DNA of 64,000 nt, taken from the NCBI GenBank assembly GCA_964016885.1, contig OZ024741.1, positions 355,632,001 through 355,696,000 on the forward strand, in the 5' to 3' direction. Below, piece after piece: positions 39,141 through 53,000 of this stretch. A program made the translations under genes and the position numbers. A model generated the notes under the pieces. The model did no database searches. It was given only the letters and a program-made list of their open reading frames with translations, and had not been told where the DNA came from. Source of the stretch: Eledone cirrhosa (Eukaryota). Positions within the stretch are counted from its first letter, which is position 1. Every line of letters begins with the position of its first letter.

Positions 39141-40675
39141 AAAAAGCACTCAATGCACCTTGTCAGGTGGTAGTGATGTCATGAGTAAATACACCCAGCC
39201 CACTCTGTAAAGTAATAGTGCAGGTATCACAAAAAAACCCACCCAGTCTACCCTGTCAGGTGGTAGTAGTGGTGCCATGATAAAACAAACTTGTTACGCA
39301 TTGTGAAGTGTTGGGCAATATGAAGGGCATCCAGCCATAGAAATCGGGCCAAAATGAAACACGAGTCATCTGATCTGCCTGTCCAGTCTCAGAATGTCTA
39401 ACCCATTCAAACATGGAAAAGACATAAAATGGTGATGATAATTATTTCTACTTTTGGCACAAGGCCAGCAAATACCCAGTACATTACTGGTACTTTATTT
39501 TATCGACCCCGTAAGGATGAAAGGCAAAGTTAACCTCGGCGGGATTTGAACTCGGATGGCAAGGGCTGTAACTCTATGCTAGAAAGCATAGCGTCCAACC
39601 CTCTACCGATACTGCCAATCACCCGCAGTGATAATATGGTGATAATAATAATAATCCATTGGATGATCCAATTATCCAATGATCCAAAGGGAAGAGTTGC
39701 CTCCCCTGCCACGACAATCGAATCGCTGTTCTCTAGACAGGAAGTAGGTGCAGTTGCTTCCCTTTGGGATTGACCAAACTCCCTAGTGGTCACTTCCGGT
39801 CAACAGAGATAAAAGGAGCGATTAACCGCGAAATCTCTCTCTCGCCTCCTGATTCCTGAAGTGGTAACATCTTCGACCATAGCTGGTGATTCTTGCTGGA
39901 CGACCCTTTCGTTACCAAGCACCATGCAGCTCACCAGCCTGAGATGAGAGCGCCAAGACATTTCTACCAACTTCAGAATGGTATTATTGCCATCGGGTAA
40001 CAACCCTTTACATTATACACCTTTGACTTCTATGAAGTAAAACTTTATCACACATACACACCAGTACTCTTTGTCTTTTATATTATGTTGCATGTGCACC
40101 GATATTTATTTCCTAAAAGATTATATAGTTAGCATCATCCATAGACATTGACCTCCACCTACACTTCAACATAATCACTAAGCCTAAAAATTCAGTGTGT
40201 CGTTATATAGTTACACATGAATCTCCTCTAATAACCCATAGCCCGGCAATATAAATATGTAGCGTTAAGATTAAACAAATAAATAAGTAGATTATCCGCA
40301 CCAAATCTTTAACATTTATGATCTAGAGCAACTATCTTACCATCTCTAGAATTTCAGCAAGAATAGCGTCTCGCGCATTCTATCTGCCAACTATATTAGC
40401 CATCCAAATCATATGACTACTGGAGTATGGTCTATTAATTTCTTTTAAATTTTTTCATCAACTTTTCCATGCTGGTATGTGTTGAATGGGACTTTTTGAG
40501 GCAATACAGTCAGATGCCCTTCCAGATTCTAATCCTTTTAGTCATTTCTTACGACATGCAGGGTTATCGTGTACTTATTCTAAATGGGATTCTTATTCTC
40601 AACTCTTTGTATGCTATATCCTCAACGCAACCACCTCGCCACTATCTCTCTCTTTCTCTCTTGCTTTCTTTCCAG

Positions 40676-40848
40676 GTTTATTTCCCATACTTGTTGATCA
40701 ACAAGAAGCGCTATGCTGGGTTGTACTGGACTAACCCCAATAAGTACGACAAGATGGACTGCAAGGGCATTGAGACTGTTCGTCGAGACAATTCTCCTTT
40801 GGTTGCCAACCTCATTAACTGCTGTTTAAAAATGCTTCTCATAGAAAG
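40676..40848 (+). CDS. POLD1: POLD1 exon
   Basis: ccag|...AG|gtact; [16 protein letters not shown]...[10 protein letters not shown]. Confidence 0.96.
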
Positions 40849-43800
40849 GTACTTTACATTGTTTCATTGATTTTGTTTTATGCTCTTTTGATACAAAACT
40901 GTTTGAAACTGCCCCTAGTTCTATGATACAAAGCTGTTTATTTGAAATTGTGTACATTTATCTAAAAACCTTGCATCATAATATTTTGTAAGAACCTTTA
41001 AGTTATGCTATAAATACAGGTTAATAATGAAGCAAAAGTTAGCTATATTACTTGATTATTTTCCAAGTAATTTGAAAATTATATGTAGTGTTTCTTTTAT
41101 TAGAAGCACTAGCAGAAAAACCGCCCACAGGGCGGTTTTCTACTAGCATATGTAGTGTGCATATTGGTATTATACGCAAATATATGTGCATATAGATATA
41201 TGTAAATTGAAAAGTAAATTGACAATATCTTCTTCTTCACCCACTTATTTCTGAGAGGGTTGTGGGGGCAGAGTCCTTCTCAAACACTCCTTCCAGCGAG
41301 TCTGTTAGTAGCAAACATCTCTAACTGATCCAGCTGGATCCCAAAGCATGACCAGCCAAGCTCATGGATGTTATCTAACTATCTTGCTCAGGGTCTGCCA
41401 GTTGGTTTTGCCTGTAAAATGTGTCCAGTGATTCTTTCCTGAGACATTCTAACCACATGCTCATAATATCGGAGTTGTGATCTCTCAATTCGGAGAAGTA
41501 GCGGCTCTACCAGGAGTGACTCTCTGGTCTCTGAGTTATGCACTTTATCGAGTAACGTTACTCCAAAGACTCTTCAGAGGAATCCCATATCTGCCACTTT
41601 TATTTGCAATTGAATTCTTTTGGTCATTACTTGGTGAACTCCATTCACATGTATATAAATTTGAGGGACTTCTGTCCAACCGTCCATCATGCAATGTGTA
41701 TGTGTGTGTAAAAGGAAGGAAAAGGATACACACATATATATGTCTAACTTAAAAACAGTGACACACACACACACGTGTCTCTAATTTAAGAACGCCAATA
41801 AACTCACGCGTGCACAGATACACACTGTCCTATTACCACTCAAGAGCTTTGGCCTGGGCAAACATTCTCTCAATTTTGGAACTGTCTGGGTTGTGCTGAA
41901 TTGATGGGAAAAGACTTGACGATCTTACTCTATGCTCCTGGTCAAGAGGCAGGTGCCTTACCTGGGACGTCACAGTTAGTGACTTTTTTGATTCTTCACA
42001 CATCCTGGATGCAGCGGTAAGGGCGAGAGCTAAGCATCCGCAGCTGAACGGAACAAAATCCTAAAATACCGTGTTCTGTCAGCTAACTACATTATCCAAC
42101 TTGTGGCGTTCGAGACATTTGAGGGAGTCGGGCTACTGACAGCGAGGTTCTTATCTTCACTGGCGGCTCGCCAAACAGAGGTAACTGGTGATGCTCATGA
42201 GGGCACTTGGTTGTTCCATCACCTCAGGTAACGCTGCAAGCGTGCTGGCCTGCCTCAAAAATTATTAGAGGAGGTTCCCCAGTGCTCCTCGCTATATAGC
42301 TATCTTTTGCTCTGGTAGCGGCTGGTTTTTCCACTCTTTCGCCTGCATATTGTTCTGTGGTCTAAGATGTGTGTATTACCTGCTTGTGTATTTTTTCTCT
42401 TTCTTTTTTTCCTTTCCCTTTCCTTTGTATATATTATATTTGTTAGTGTTTTGTTCTGTAACCATTATATTAAATGAATAAAAAAAAAAAGAGTTAATAA
42501 ATAAATAAAACGTTATACTTGTTTTACCTTCCCATTTCCACTTCACTGAACACTATCATGACTGTGTGTGTTTGTGTAAATATATATGCTTGTCCTGCAT
42601 TGGGTCCCACCTGACACTCAGCTCTCACATGTGGCCCCAAGAAGCTATAGCATGCGACAGCGGCCACACCCTGGTAAACAGCCTTGGCTGGCGGGCCGAA
42701 CCAGGTTGAGGGTAGCCGGATGGGTCTGAAACCCACCGGTGAGTTAGACAGGCGATGCCTGCTTCTGCATGCGAAGACTAGACCCGGCGGAGTGAGTGGA
42801 GGAGGACAACATCGTCCCAACGGTCACAAAGGCGGCGACAGCAAGCGGTGTGGAGCGCTAGGGCACGGCAAGGCACTACAGACGTCGTGGCCATTCACTG
42901 CAGCCAAGGAAGTCCCTGGTCGTGACGGACCTCCGTACCACCGGATTCTGGCTTCTGCGGCCGAATGAGTGGGACCGTCACTGTGCACTGGCCCTCCCAC
43001 TATAAACCTTTCCCGTACAGGTTTCTTCTTTAGCATGCACTCCCAAAGCCCTGCGGCGATGGCCTCCACAGCCACCTTCGTGCCCATGGCAGACGGGGAC
43101 TAAAATAAAGAAGATGTCATCATTGTTTACGATGGACAACCAAGGAATGGGAGAAGTGGTGACAATTTTGGTAAAGTCATTTGAATGCTTTATGGTATTA
43201 ATTCCAGCTCTCTGCGTTCTGAGGTCAGCGTTGCCTTACATCTTTCGAAGTTGATAAAAGAAAAGTACCAGTCCGGTACTTGGTCGATTGTTGCTCTATA
43301 TCTGTTTCTCAAGTCCTCTCTCATTTTTTCGCCTGCTCTGAAAAGAAATCAGCTGTGCACAGACCTGGTGAGGAAATGGGCTTTGCCAAGTTTAAAAGTG
43401 TCCAGGATATCAGGAATTACAAGTCCATGCACACAGACAATGGAAGAAGTAATGTTTTATATGTATTATAAAATGAAGATCCTTCACCATAGCCATTACT
43501 CTTCTTATCTTAAGTCCACCCCCACCCCTACTTTTTTTTGCCTCCTTTGTTTTAATCCCGTTCATTTCATTCACTGATTATTCTTTATTTTAGAATTGGC
43601 CAGTGTTGTTTTGATTAATTAGTATCTCTATTTGTGTTTCATCACCATTTAGCATCTATATTCCATACTTGCATGGGTTGAACGGATTGTCATATTCTGA
43701 GGTTAGACAGGTCAGATGATTGCATTTTACTCGCACATTCCATTCTGGCTTGGTCTCTACAGCTGGATACCTTTCTTCATGTCAACCATTTCATAGTGTG

Positions 43801-44071
43801 TACAAGGTGCAATTTTCATGGTTACAAGCATTACCACCCGACAGGGTGGACTGGGTGCATTATAATGATATGAATTTTCTTTTTTTTTTTTCAAACCTAC
43901 TTTTTCAAAATCCAATTTAATAGGTTTGATAAATTTACTAGAACATATTCTGCTGCTTTTTTTTTTGAAGTTCCTTGGTTTCAGCTACAATTTCAACTCC
44001 AAGATTACACATCACAGAGTCTGTACCACAATAAATTACCTTAACCTAATGTTTTGTGTATGTATTTACAG

Positions 44072-44224
44072 AAATCCTGATGGTGCTGTGGAATATGCCA
44101 AACAGACGATATCTGACCTTCTTTGCAACCGTATCGACATTTCCCAGTTAGTGATCACCAAAGAACTCACCAAGTCTGACAAGGACTATTCTGCAAAGCA
44201 GGCACATGTAGAACTTGCCAACAG
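44072..44224 (+). CDS. POLD1: POLD1 exon
   Basis: acag|...AG|gtacc; [32 protein letters not shown]...[10 protein letters not shown]. Confidence 0.96.
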
Positions 44225-44268
44225 GTACCTAGAGCATGAGACTCTTTGAAAACACTGCATGCTTTGTT

Positions 44269-46132
44269 ATCATCATCATCCTCATCATCATCTTCGTTTA
44301 ATCTTCCACACTAGCATGGGTTAGACGGGAGTTGTCCAACTTGAGGCAAGGTTGGTCGGGTGACTGTGTCTCGTTCATATAGGATTATCTGGCAGGTTTT
44401 CTACGGCTGGATGCCCTTCCTAACACCAACATTTACAGTGTGGAACTGGGAACTTTTTACCGTGTTACCTACACGGCCACATTACAGCGTGGACTGTTTT
44501 TTTGTTGTGACACCTACACGATCTCGATCTTTGGACTGGATGTTGTGGTACCAACTTTACAGAGAGAAGGTGGTGTTAGTGGGAGGATAGGGTAGGGGTA
44601 GTGGATTGGGGTGTATATTTGGTTAAGAGGTGCCTACTGACTGTAGGTTTCACTTTGTACATAGGCAAGGCAGGTCTTCTATATTACTGCATAGCACCAA
44701 AGATCTCGGTCCAGTGACATTGTCTTAGAGAGGTCAAGTGTGTAAGGTCGGAATTTATCAAATCGTCCCAGGTTTTTCTGGGTCTACCTACTCTGTAACT
44801 ACCATCAATTTTGATCGCCCTGCATTTGTTATACAGCTGTCGTCTTTCATGCGCATCACGTGACCATACCAACGCAGTCTTCTCTCAATTAAACAGCATC
44901 TGATCTCTCTTATTCCTAATTTCTCACTTAAGTTCATTTATGCTTTGCCGTTCACGTATATTACTATTATACATCCAACAGAGCATGCATGCTTCGTTCC
45001 TTTCCAGTCTGCGCAAGTCCTCTGCACGCAATGACCATGTTTCACTGCCATGTAGCATTGCTGTTCGTATACAGGCATCATACAATCTGCCTTTCATTTT
45101 TAGAAACTTTTTGCGGCCAACAGCGGTATAAACTCTCTGAACTTTTTCCATCCCGTTCTGACTCTGGCTGCTGTACTTTCAGAGCACCCTCCACCACTGC
45201 TGATTTTGACACCCAGGTAACGGAAAGTGTCCACTATTTCTATAGGACCATCTGGGCAATAGAAGGAACTAGTATACTGTGGGTACTTGCTACTTATTGC
45301 ACCTGAGCATCGGCCACATATAAAATCTACGTTCTTAGATAGTTTACCTGTGATCCCACTACATCTTTTATGTACCCATAGTTTGCATTTGGGACATAAA
45401 ATGGAATTTCTACCTACTCCTTTCCTACACACTGAGCATGGCCATTTCCATGAGGGCACCTGTGCTCTATTTTTCTTTCTACAAACTAGAACTTTAGTCT
45501 TAGACAAGTTAATTTTAAGGCTTTTGATTCTAGGCCATTCTTCCATATTTGGAATTTCTTCTCTAGTTCAGCCATAGATTCAGCTGTGAGAGTTAGATCA
45601 TCTGCATATAGGAGTTCCCATGGGCAGCTGGTCTTAAACTCCTCTGTTATAGCCTGAAGGGCAATAATAAATAGGAGGGCGCTAAGAACAGAGCCTTGAT
45701 GAACACCAACTTTTACACTAAATTCTTCACAATATTCATTGTTAATTCTAACCTTACTGACTGTTTCTTTATACATAACTTGTATAGCTCTCACAAGCCA
45801 TTCATCTACACCTAGTTTTCTAAGAGCCCACCAGATAATGGAGTGGGGGACTCAGTCAAAGGCTTTCTCCAGGTCTACAAAAGCTAAGTAGAGGGGTTTA
45901 CTTTTAGCTAGGTACTTCTCCTGTAGTTGTCGTACAAGGAAAAGAGCGTCTGTGGTACTTTTACCTGACACAAACCCAAACTGCATTTCATCTAGATCAA
46001 TTCGCTCTCTGATTAGTTGCGCTATAACTCTTTCTGTGACCTTCATGACCTGGTCGACTAACTTAATGCCTCTATAGTTTCCCCTATCTAGAGCATCTCC
46101 TTTACCCTTGTAGCAGTTAATGATAATGCTGC
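44269..46132 (-). mobile_element. 5'-truncated, frameshifted RTE LINE
   Basis: RT fragments FVDLEKAFD, YADD, PHD-like finger; 3' tail. Confidence 0.9.
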
Positions 46133-47270
46133 TTCATGCCTTGTTTCATATTTTTTTTTTGTTTTGGTGGAGTGGGTGTATTTTATGCTTACATATGGGG
46201 TCCTTTTTTGAGGCAAAATGTTTTGGCGGGATACTCTCCTGTTGATCAACATTATGAACAAAATAGAAAAGCATGTCATAGAGACACAAGACTAACCACT
46301 TGATTTAGAAAAGAAAATGGCCTGAAACCTTTTGATACTAATCTACCTGACACCACCTTGGTTTTATGACACAAAATTCATTGTTTTGAAGTGTTCATAT
46401 TCAAATTAACACCTCCCATCTTAATTGTATCTAAGAATCATTTAAATTATATACCAAATATGAGGGAAAACAATTATTTTCCTACATCCCTTGAAATTCA
46501 TTATTATTTAATACATTAAATGAAAAATATCAGCAGTGTATTTCATTAGAAATATAATCACAAAAGGATTAAAATACATGTTGCTACTGTTGTATTTTAT
46601 GTGTGTGCTAACAGATTTGTGTGGGTAAGAAGCTTGTTTTGCAACTGTTGTTTTGAGTTCAGCTCTACTGTCTTACGAGTAGAATTTGGCAGATGGAAAT
46701 GATGTGGAAGTCCATCATAGGAAAGTCATTTCCTATTCTTGATTGGTAGACTTCATCCATTGCCTGGGTTAAACCTTTTATTATCATATTTCTAATTAAA
46801 GACACTGGCTATGGCTTTCAAATCATTTAAAAAATAATCAAGAACTTGGAGAGATTTAGTAATATTAACTTTTTAATTATTAAGCTGCTAATTGAGGCAT
46901 GATTTAACAAAGGTTCTTATATAGAATTATGATGGAAGATTTTTAGATAAAATTATAGATTTTTAGATAAATGTGAACACTTTAAAACAAACAGTTGTGT
47001 ATCAGAACCAAAGGGTAAACATAACAACCGGGATAGCCTTTGGGTGTCTTTAGCAGTATACACCCTGTGGCAAGCATTCAGGCCAGGTGTCCAGTTTGAG
47101 AATACCTTTTGTTTTTCTCATACCTGTAGGGTATGATGGAGGGCGATTAGCTGCTATTTCTAGTAGGCTGAAGCAACCATGTAGAAACTTCCACTTTAGC
47201 TAATTTTTTTGTGTTTTATTGTTGTTATTATTCTATTAATGTGTTGTCTATTTTTTTTTTCACTATACAG

Positions 47271-47373
47271 AATAAAAAAGCGTAACCCAGGTAGTGCACC
47301 CCAGCTGGGAGACCGTGTACCCTATGTGATAATTGCTGCACCAAAAAACACAGCGGCTTACCTTAAATCTGAA
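47271..47373 (+). CDS. POLD1: POLD1 exon
   Basis: acag|...GAA|gtaag; [21 protein letters not shown]...KSE. Confidence 0.96.
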
Positions 47374-47569
47374 GTAAGATCTTTCTTCCTTCCATCCTTT
47401 TTAATTTATTTATTTATTTATTTATTTATTTTTTTGCTTTCTTTACTTTTCATCACTTTGAGGTTAATAAAAATAAGTTCTAGGCATGAACTCGGTTTGG
47501 TTCTATTGGTTTTCCCTTTCCTCCTACAAATGTCTGGCTTTGTGCCAGTATAGGGAATTGTTATTCAGT

Positions 47570-48390
47570 AGAGAGTCTTGTAGCATAGTTATGACCCTTT
47601 ATGTTCTGAGTTCAAATCCCACTAAGGTTTGCTTTGCCTTTCATCCTTACGAGGTTGATAAAATAAAGTACCAGTAATGCATTGGGGGTCATTTTAATCG
47701 GCTTTCTCATCCCCTTCAAATTACTGACCTTTTGCCTCAAGTAGAAACAATTATTATTGGTGGATTGGTAGTATTGGTAGAGCTTCAGACAATATGCTTT
47801 GTGGCATATAGTTCTGTCCCTATACATTCTGAGTTCAAATCCTACTGAGGCTAGTTTTGTCTTTCATCCTTTCATAGTTAATAAAATAAAATACCTGTAA
47901 CGCACTGGGGTCAGTTTATTTGACTTTCCTCTTCCCTTCAAATTGTTGACCTTGTGTCAAAAGTAGCAACAATTATTATTATCTATGCAAGAAGTCAGTG
48001 CTGGATTAGTAGAATTGTTAGTCAGACAAAATGCTTTGCAGCATTTAGTTATGGCCCTCTAAGTTCAAATCCTGCCGAGGTCAACTTTGTCTTTTATCTT
48101 TCATTGTTCCTGGGTCGATAAAATAAAGCACTATTGTTGATATCGACTTTCCCCTTCCTCTAAATTACTGGCCCTGTGCCTATGTAAGAAACCAGGCGGT
48201 GGATTGGCAGTATTGGTAGAGCGTCAGACACCATGCTTTTCAGCACAGTTATGGCCCTTTACGTTCTGAGTTCAAATCCAACGAAGGTTAACTTTGCCTT
48301 TCATCCTTACGGGGTTGATAAAATAAAGCACCAGTAATGCACTGGGGAAATTGCTGGCCTTGGGCCAAAAGTAGAAACCATTATTATTAG
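47570..48390 (+). mobile_element. Four tandem tRNA-derived SINEs with Deu/Nin-like central domain
   Basis: B-box gagttcaaatcc followed by ctttgcctttcatccttacggggtcgataaaataaagtaccag. Many dispersed copies, e.g. 125-240, 2540-2680, 7510-7640, 9803-9980, 11340-11520, 13338-13555, 35605-35790, 39440-39625. Confidence 0.8.
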
Positions 48391-48458
48391 AGCAAGATAT
48401 AAGCTAAGACAACACTTCACTCGTATTGCTGCTAATGTTGTTTTTTTTTCTATTACAG

Positions 48459-48591
48459 GACCCCATCTATGTGCTTGAGAATAATATTCCTATTGATACT
48501 GAGTATTACCTCACTAACCAACTATCAAAACCATTGCTGAGAATATTTGAACCAATTCTTGGAGAGAAAAAAGCAGAATCAGTCCTTTTAA
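48459..48591 (+). CDS. POLD1: POLD1 exon
   Basis: acag|...A|gtatg; [35 protein letters not shown]. Confidence 0.95.
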
Positions 48592-49169
48592 GTATGTAAC
48601 ACTTCATAGTTTAATAACTTTAGTATCGGCTTGCATGAACCACATGGAAATACCCCGGTCTGTCTTGTATATTAATACCCATCCTGAAATCACTCAAATT
48701 AAAGCTTTATATATTAACCTTTTTGTGATCATATTTTGTTTTTACACCTCCCACATTCTAACACTTCAACCCTCATCCACGTCCCTAGGTAGACCTCCCC
48801 AATCCCCTCCGCCACCCAAGTCCCCAGGTCATAATATAAAGTGGTCATTTTGGTACCATGACAAAAATCGCCTAGCCCACACTGTAAAGTGATTGTGTTG
48901 ATGTCATGACAAAACGTGCTCAGTCCACACTATAAAGTGGTCGTGTTGGTGACATGACAAAAACTGCCCAGTCCACACTGTAAAGTGGTCGTGTTGGTGA
49001 CATGGCAGCAGGACATGGTCATTTGATCTGACTTGTCTCACAGTAGGACAACTCGTCTAATCCATGTTAGTGTGGAAAATGGATAAACAGTGATGATGAT
49101 TGAAATGTACGATTTTGAAAGCAATCAAGAATTTAGAAGTATTTACTAAAATAACTGCTGTTTTTATTT

Positions 49170-49339
49170 TTAACCCTTTCATTACCATGTTTCTAATAAA
49201 AGACACTGCCTATGATTTTCAAATAATTTTGAAAATATTTGAGATTTTGAGGGATTTAGTAATAAATAACCTATAAGTAATAAACTAACTTTCTCATTAA
49301 TTAAACTGGTTTTAAGCAGTTTGGTATCAAAAGGGTTAA
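49170..49339. mobile_element. piggyBac-type MITE (TTAA-CCCTTT...AAAGGG-TTAA)
   Basis: TTAA flanks and short TIRs; decayed relatives at about 355-630, 720-965, 3490-3620, 40880-41105, 46320-46570. Confidence 0.6.
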
Positions 49340-49557
49340 AAATAAACATTGGAAAATTAGAGGGATTGTATTATAAAATCAGATTGTTTCAGGTATTTTG
49401 GAATCAAGAGATGGTGGTTGTGTCATCGGTGCCGATGACCAAATTTAGACATTGCTAATATAAAATCTGCTTTTATGACTATAATTATATCCATTGTAAT
49501 TAAATTGTTTTTGTTGTATTATTTGTTTTTAAAGAACTTTTCCTGTGGTTTTTGTAG

Positions 49558-49671
49558 GAGGTGACCACACCCGAACAAAAACTTTGGTTATATCCAAAGT
49601 TGGCGGCCTGGCTGCTTTTACTAAGAAGAAAAGTACATGTATTGGTTGTAAGGCTGTGTTGGATAGTGGCA
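49558..49671 (+). CDS. POLD1: POLD1 exon, first half of CysA
   Basis: gtag|...A|gtaag; RGDHTRTK...VGGLAAF...CIGCKAVL. Confidence 0.95.
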
Positions 49672-50102
49672 GTAAGTAAATCTTAAACACAATAGGCCTG
49701 TATCTTATAGGTCTCTCCCTTCCCTTAGATGATGTGGTTTCATGTGGAAAAGGACGTTAAGAGTTTTACAGCTTTTTGTAATTAAAAATAAAATATTTTT
49801 CAAGCTCAGGTGTTTGAAATTGCACTATTTAAAACCACTTGAGATGTGGACTCATTGTATATGGTTAATAAACACTACAAAGTAATTAAAGCAATTGAGA
49901 ACAACCAGGGAATTATAAAGTAATTTCAAAATTGAAGTTTTTTCACTCTTATATATTTTTTAGTCCTGCTATTTGCTGGCTTGACAAAAGCTGGGATAGT
50001 GATGATGTTGATGGGCATGGTCATGATGATGATAAAAGTGGAGGGGAAGGCAGTGACAATGATTATGACTGATGATGATTGCCCCTTTTTTTTTATTTTC
50101 AG

Positions 50103-50256
50103 ATAAAGCAGTGTGCAAACACTGCAAGAGCCAGGAGTCGTCAATCTACCAGAAGGAGATTTGCCAGTTGAGTGCCTTGGAAGAGCGCTTCTCACGTCTC
50201 TGGACGCAGTGTCAACGATGTCAAGGCAGCCTGCATGAGGATGTCATCTGTACAAG
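50103..50256 (+). CDS. POLD1: POLD1 exon, CysA/CysB
   Basis: tcag|...AG|gtaaa; AVCKHC...[22 protein letters not shown]. Confidence 0.96.
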
Positions 50257-53000
50257 GTAAATTGTGACCATGTTCTTTTGGAAAAAAAAAATGGAAAGAG
50301 TTCTGTTCGGTCATGATAGCCATGGATTTTACGCCATAGGTTTGCCTCTCTGTTTTGAATTATCAATTATGTTGCATGAAATTTCATGCCATCACACAGT
50401 TACTGACATAAATTTTTCAGATAGCATCTTAGCCAATACATTTATTATGAAATATATTTCTATTACATACGACCGTGACCTCTGGTGTCGCACAGTAATA
50501 CAGAAGACCCGACACCCCACGGGTACAAGCCGAAGCTGAAGCATATAGACAATATGCCCCCACACCCTCCCACTGCAAAGTGGTTGTGGAGGTGTCACGA
50601 CAAAAAAAAAGCACCCAGCCCACACTGTAAAGTGGACGTGTAGGCGCCACGGAAAAAAGCACCCAGCACTCACTGTAAATGAGGTTGGTGTTAGGAAGGG
50701 CATCCAGCTGTAGAAATCAAGCCAGAATCAGTTCCTGTATGAGCAAGACAAGGTCAGCCGACTGGACACTGCCCACAACAGGACAACCCGTCTAACCCAT
50801 GCTAGCGTGGAAGAACGGACGTAAAACGATGATGGTGATGATATTTCTATTACATAATAAATGTATTGATATGGAAACATTTTCAATGTTGCTCTTACAA
50901 AATCCATTCTCTATATGAATTCAAAACTCACTTTATTTAACACTTATTGGCAGGCATGGTTTGTATGTGGGGTTTTGTTTAACTACCCACTACCTGTTTG
51001 CCTGTTGTCTCTGGTTCCCAGCTTGATTAATGGTTTTCCTGACAAGCTTTTCTCAGTCACAGACCCGTTCCTTGTCCTTCACCTGTCGTAAAAAATTTTG
51101 TCTTTGATGTGGCAGTCAAGTTGCATTCAGCTGGACTTCTCTCAATGCTGCTGCCATGACAAAAAAAAAGCACTTAGTCCACCCTGTCTGGTGATAAGGT
51201 TGGTGCCACAACAACAAAAACACTCAGTCCACCATGTAAAGTTGTTGTAGAAACCAATCCAAAATAGAAATCCTGACCTGACTTCTCCCATAATGTGGCA
51301 ACTCATCTAACTTATGCAAGCATGAAAAATAGATATTAAACGAGGAAGATTATATTATATATATATATATCATCATTTAATGTCTACTTTTGTTGCTAGC
51401 AAGGGGGGCACGGTCCTATGCTCTACGAAGTTCATGTTATCAGCACTAGAACAATTGTCACATCTTTGACACAACTGAATGGTCCTCACGAGCTTTCTAC
51501 AGCTGGATACCCTTCCTACCAACCACCTTACAAGGTGTACTGGGTGGGTGCATTTTCGTGGCACCAGCACTAGAGAGGTTGTTTGTTATTATACCAACTG
51601 AAGAGCTGCAGGTGTTGTGGAGAAGAGAAGGGTAATAAAGATATGTGGCAAGTGTGGTGTAATTTGACGGTGATAAGTAGGAAGGATGGTGTGACCTTCG
51701 GTAGCATTTGGGGAAAGGAGATATAGTGATGGTGAGAATACCTAAACGCCAATAGTGGTGGAAATGATGTGGTCAATAGCGTGGGTGGGAAAGGACACTA
51801 ACCAGTGTGTCAGGATTTTTGGTTGGGAGTGTTGTGATGGAGAGAATAGCTAAGATTTGGTAGTGGAAGGGGCATGAGTGGGCTGGAGTTTACAGGGTTG
51901 GAAAGAGTAGCTACTTGGGTATGATTGTGAAGGTATCTAAGGACATTAGTTGTACAACAAACTCCTTAACTCTTTCTTCACTGATCACTGTCACTGCTAC
52001 CACTGATTACCACTCTGAACAACATTGTGATATTTTGACACTAGTTCCCTAAGCTGAATAGTAAAAATAAATTATTGTTTAACATGCCTGTACAAAAATT
52101 GCTGTAAGTTTATAAATAATAAAAATAAAAACATGAAATTTTCAATGAAGGTTCAAAACTAATATTTTTAAAGAATATTCCAAAAAAGTTCATTATATTA
52201 ACATTTTGTTAAATTAAATAAACATTTTAGTATCATATAATAAGAGCAAAAACATGAAATATATACCTGGATATATATCTGTATGTTTGTTTTTATTAAT
52301 TGCTGGAAATGGTCAAGATGATACAGCTTGAAACAACTGATGCGTATTAGTTGATTTGCCATGAAATCAAATAATTTGGCTTAGGGTTATTTACCTGTCT
52401 GGGATTTCCTTTGAATATGTTAACATTTTCTGAGAACTGATCACTTCAATTTAAAGTCGGTTCATCCTCACCACTTTTGTCTTGGTTCTTGTACAAAGAC
52501 ACTAAATCAATATCTTATAAATTCTCTTCATTTTCCAAATACATTTCATAGTTTTTTTCCCCCCTCCAACTATATCTGTTTCTGTAAAGCCTTTGAAAAT
52601 CTAATCACTTTTACTATCTGACGGCATTATTTAAAAAAAAATTTTCCTTCTAAAAACAATGTGGTTCTGTCTCATCTGATTATCATGTTGCTAATATTAT
52701 TCATAAAACACTCCCTGATTGGTTCAAACTAAGCATGATTTCCTAATTCAACCAATCACTAAGAATTTTACATCAGCAATGAACATACTTTAAAGCACGA
52801 GTACAGACGGTATCCAAGTGTTGCAGCAAAACTAAACAATGTCTACAGGTGGGATTCGACTCTGAATGAATTTTGACATCACAGTTATAGTTGGGACCTG
52901 GGAAGAAAGAGCTAACCATGCAACCATGTCTGTACCTAATAGCCAAACATTTCTGTATGTTTTTGTTAATATTTCTATTTTCTGTATTTTTCTTTTCCAG

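Noticed and set aside
36504-39149. 881-aa and 844-aa minus-strand ORFs as a repeat-protein gene, or the array as CRISPR
   Set aside because: A 48-bp unit (multiple of 3) lacking stops gives long ORFs automatically. There are no unique spacers or cas genes, and the unit derives from an RTE 3' UTR.
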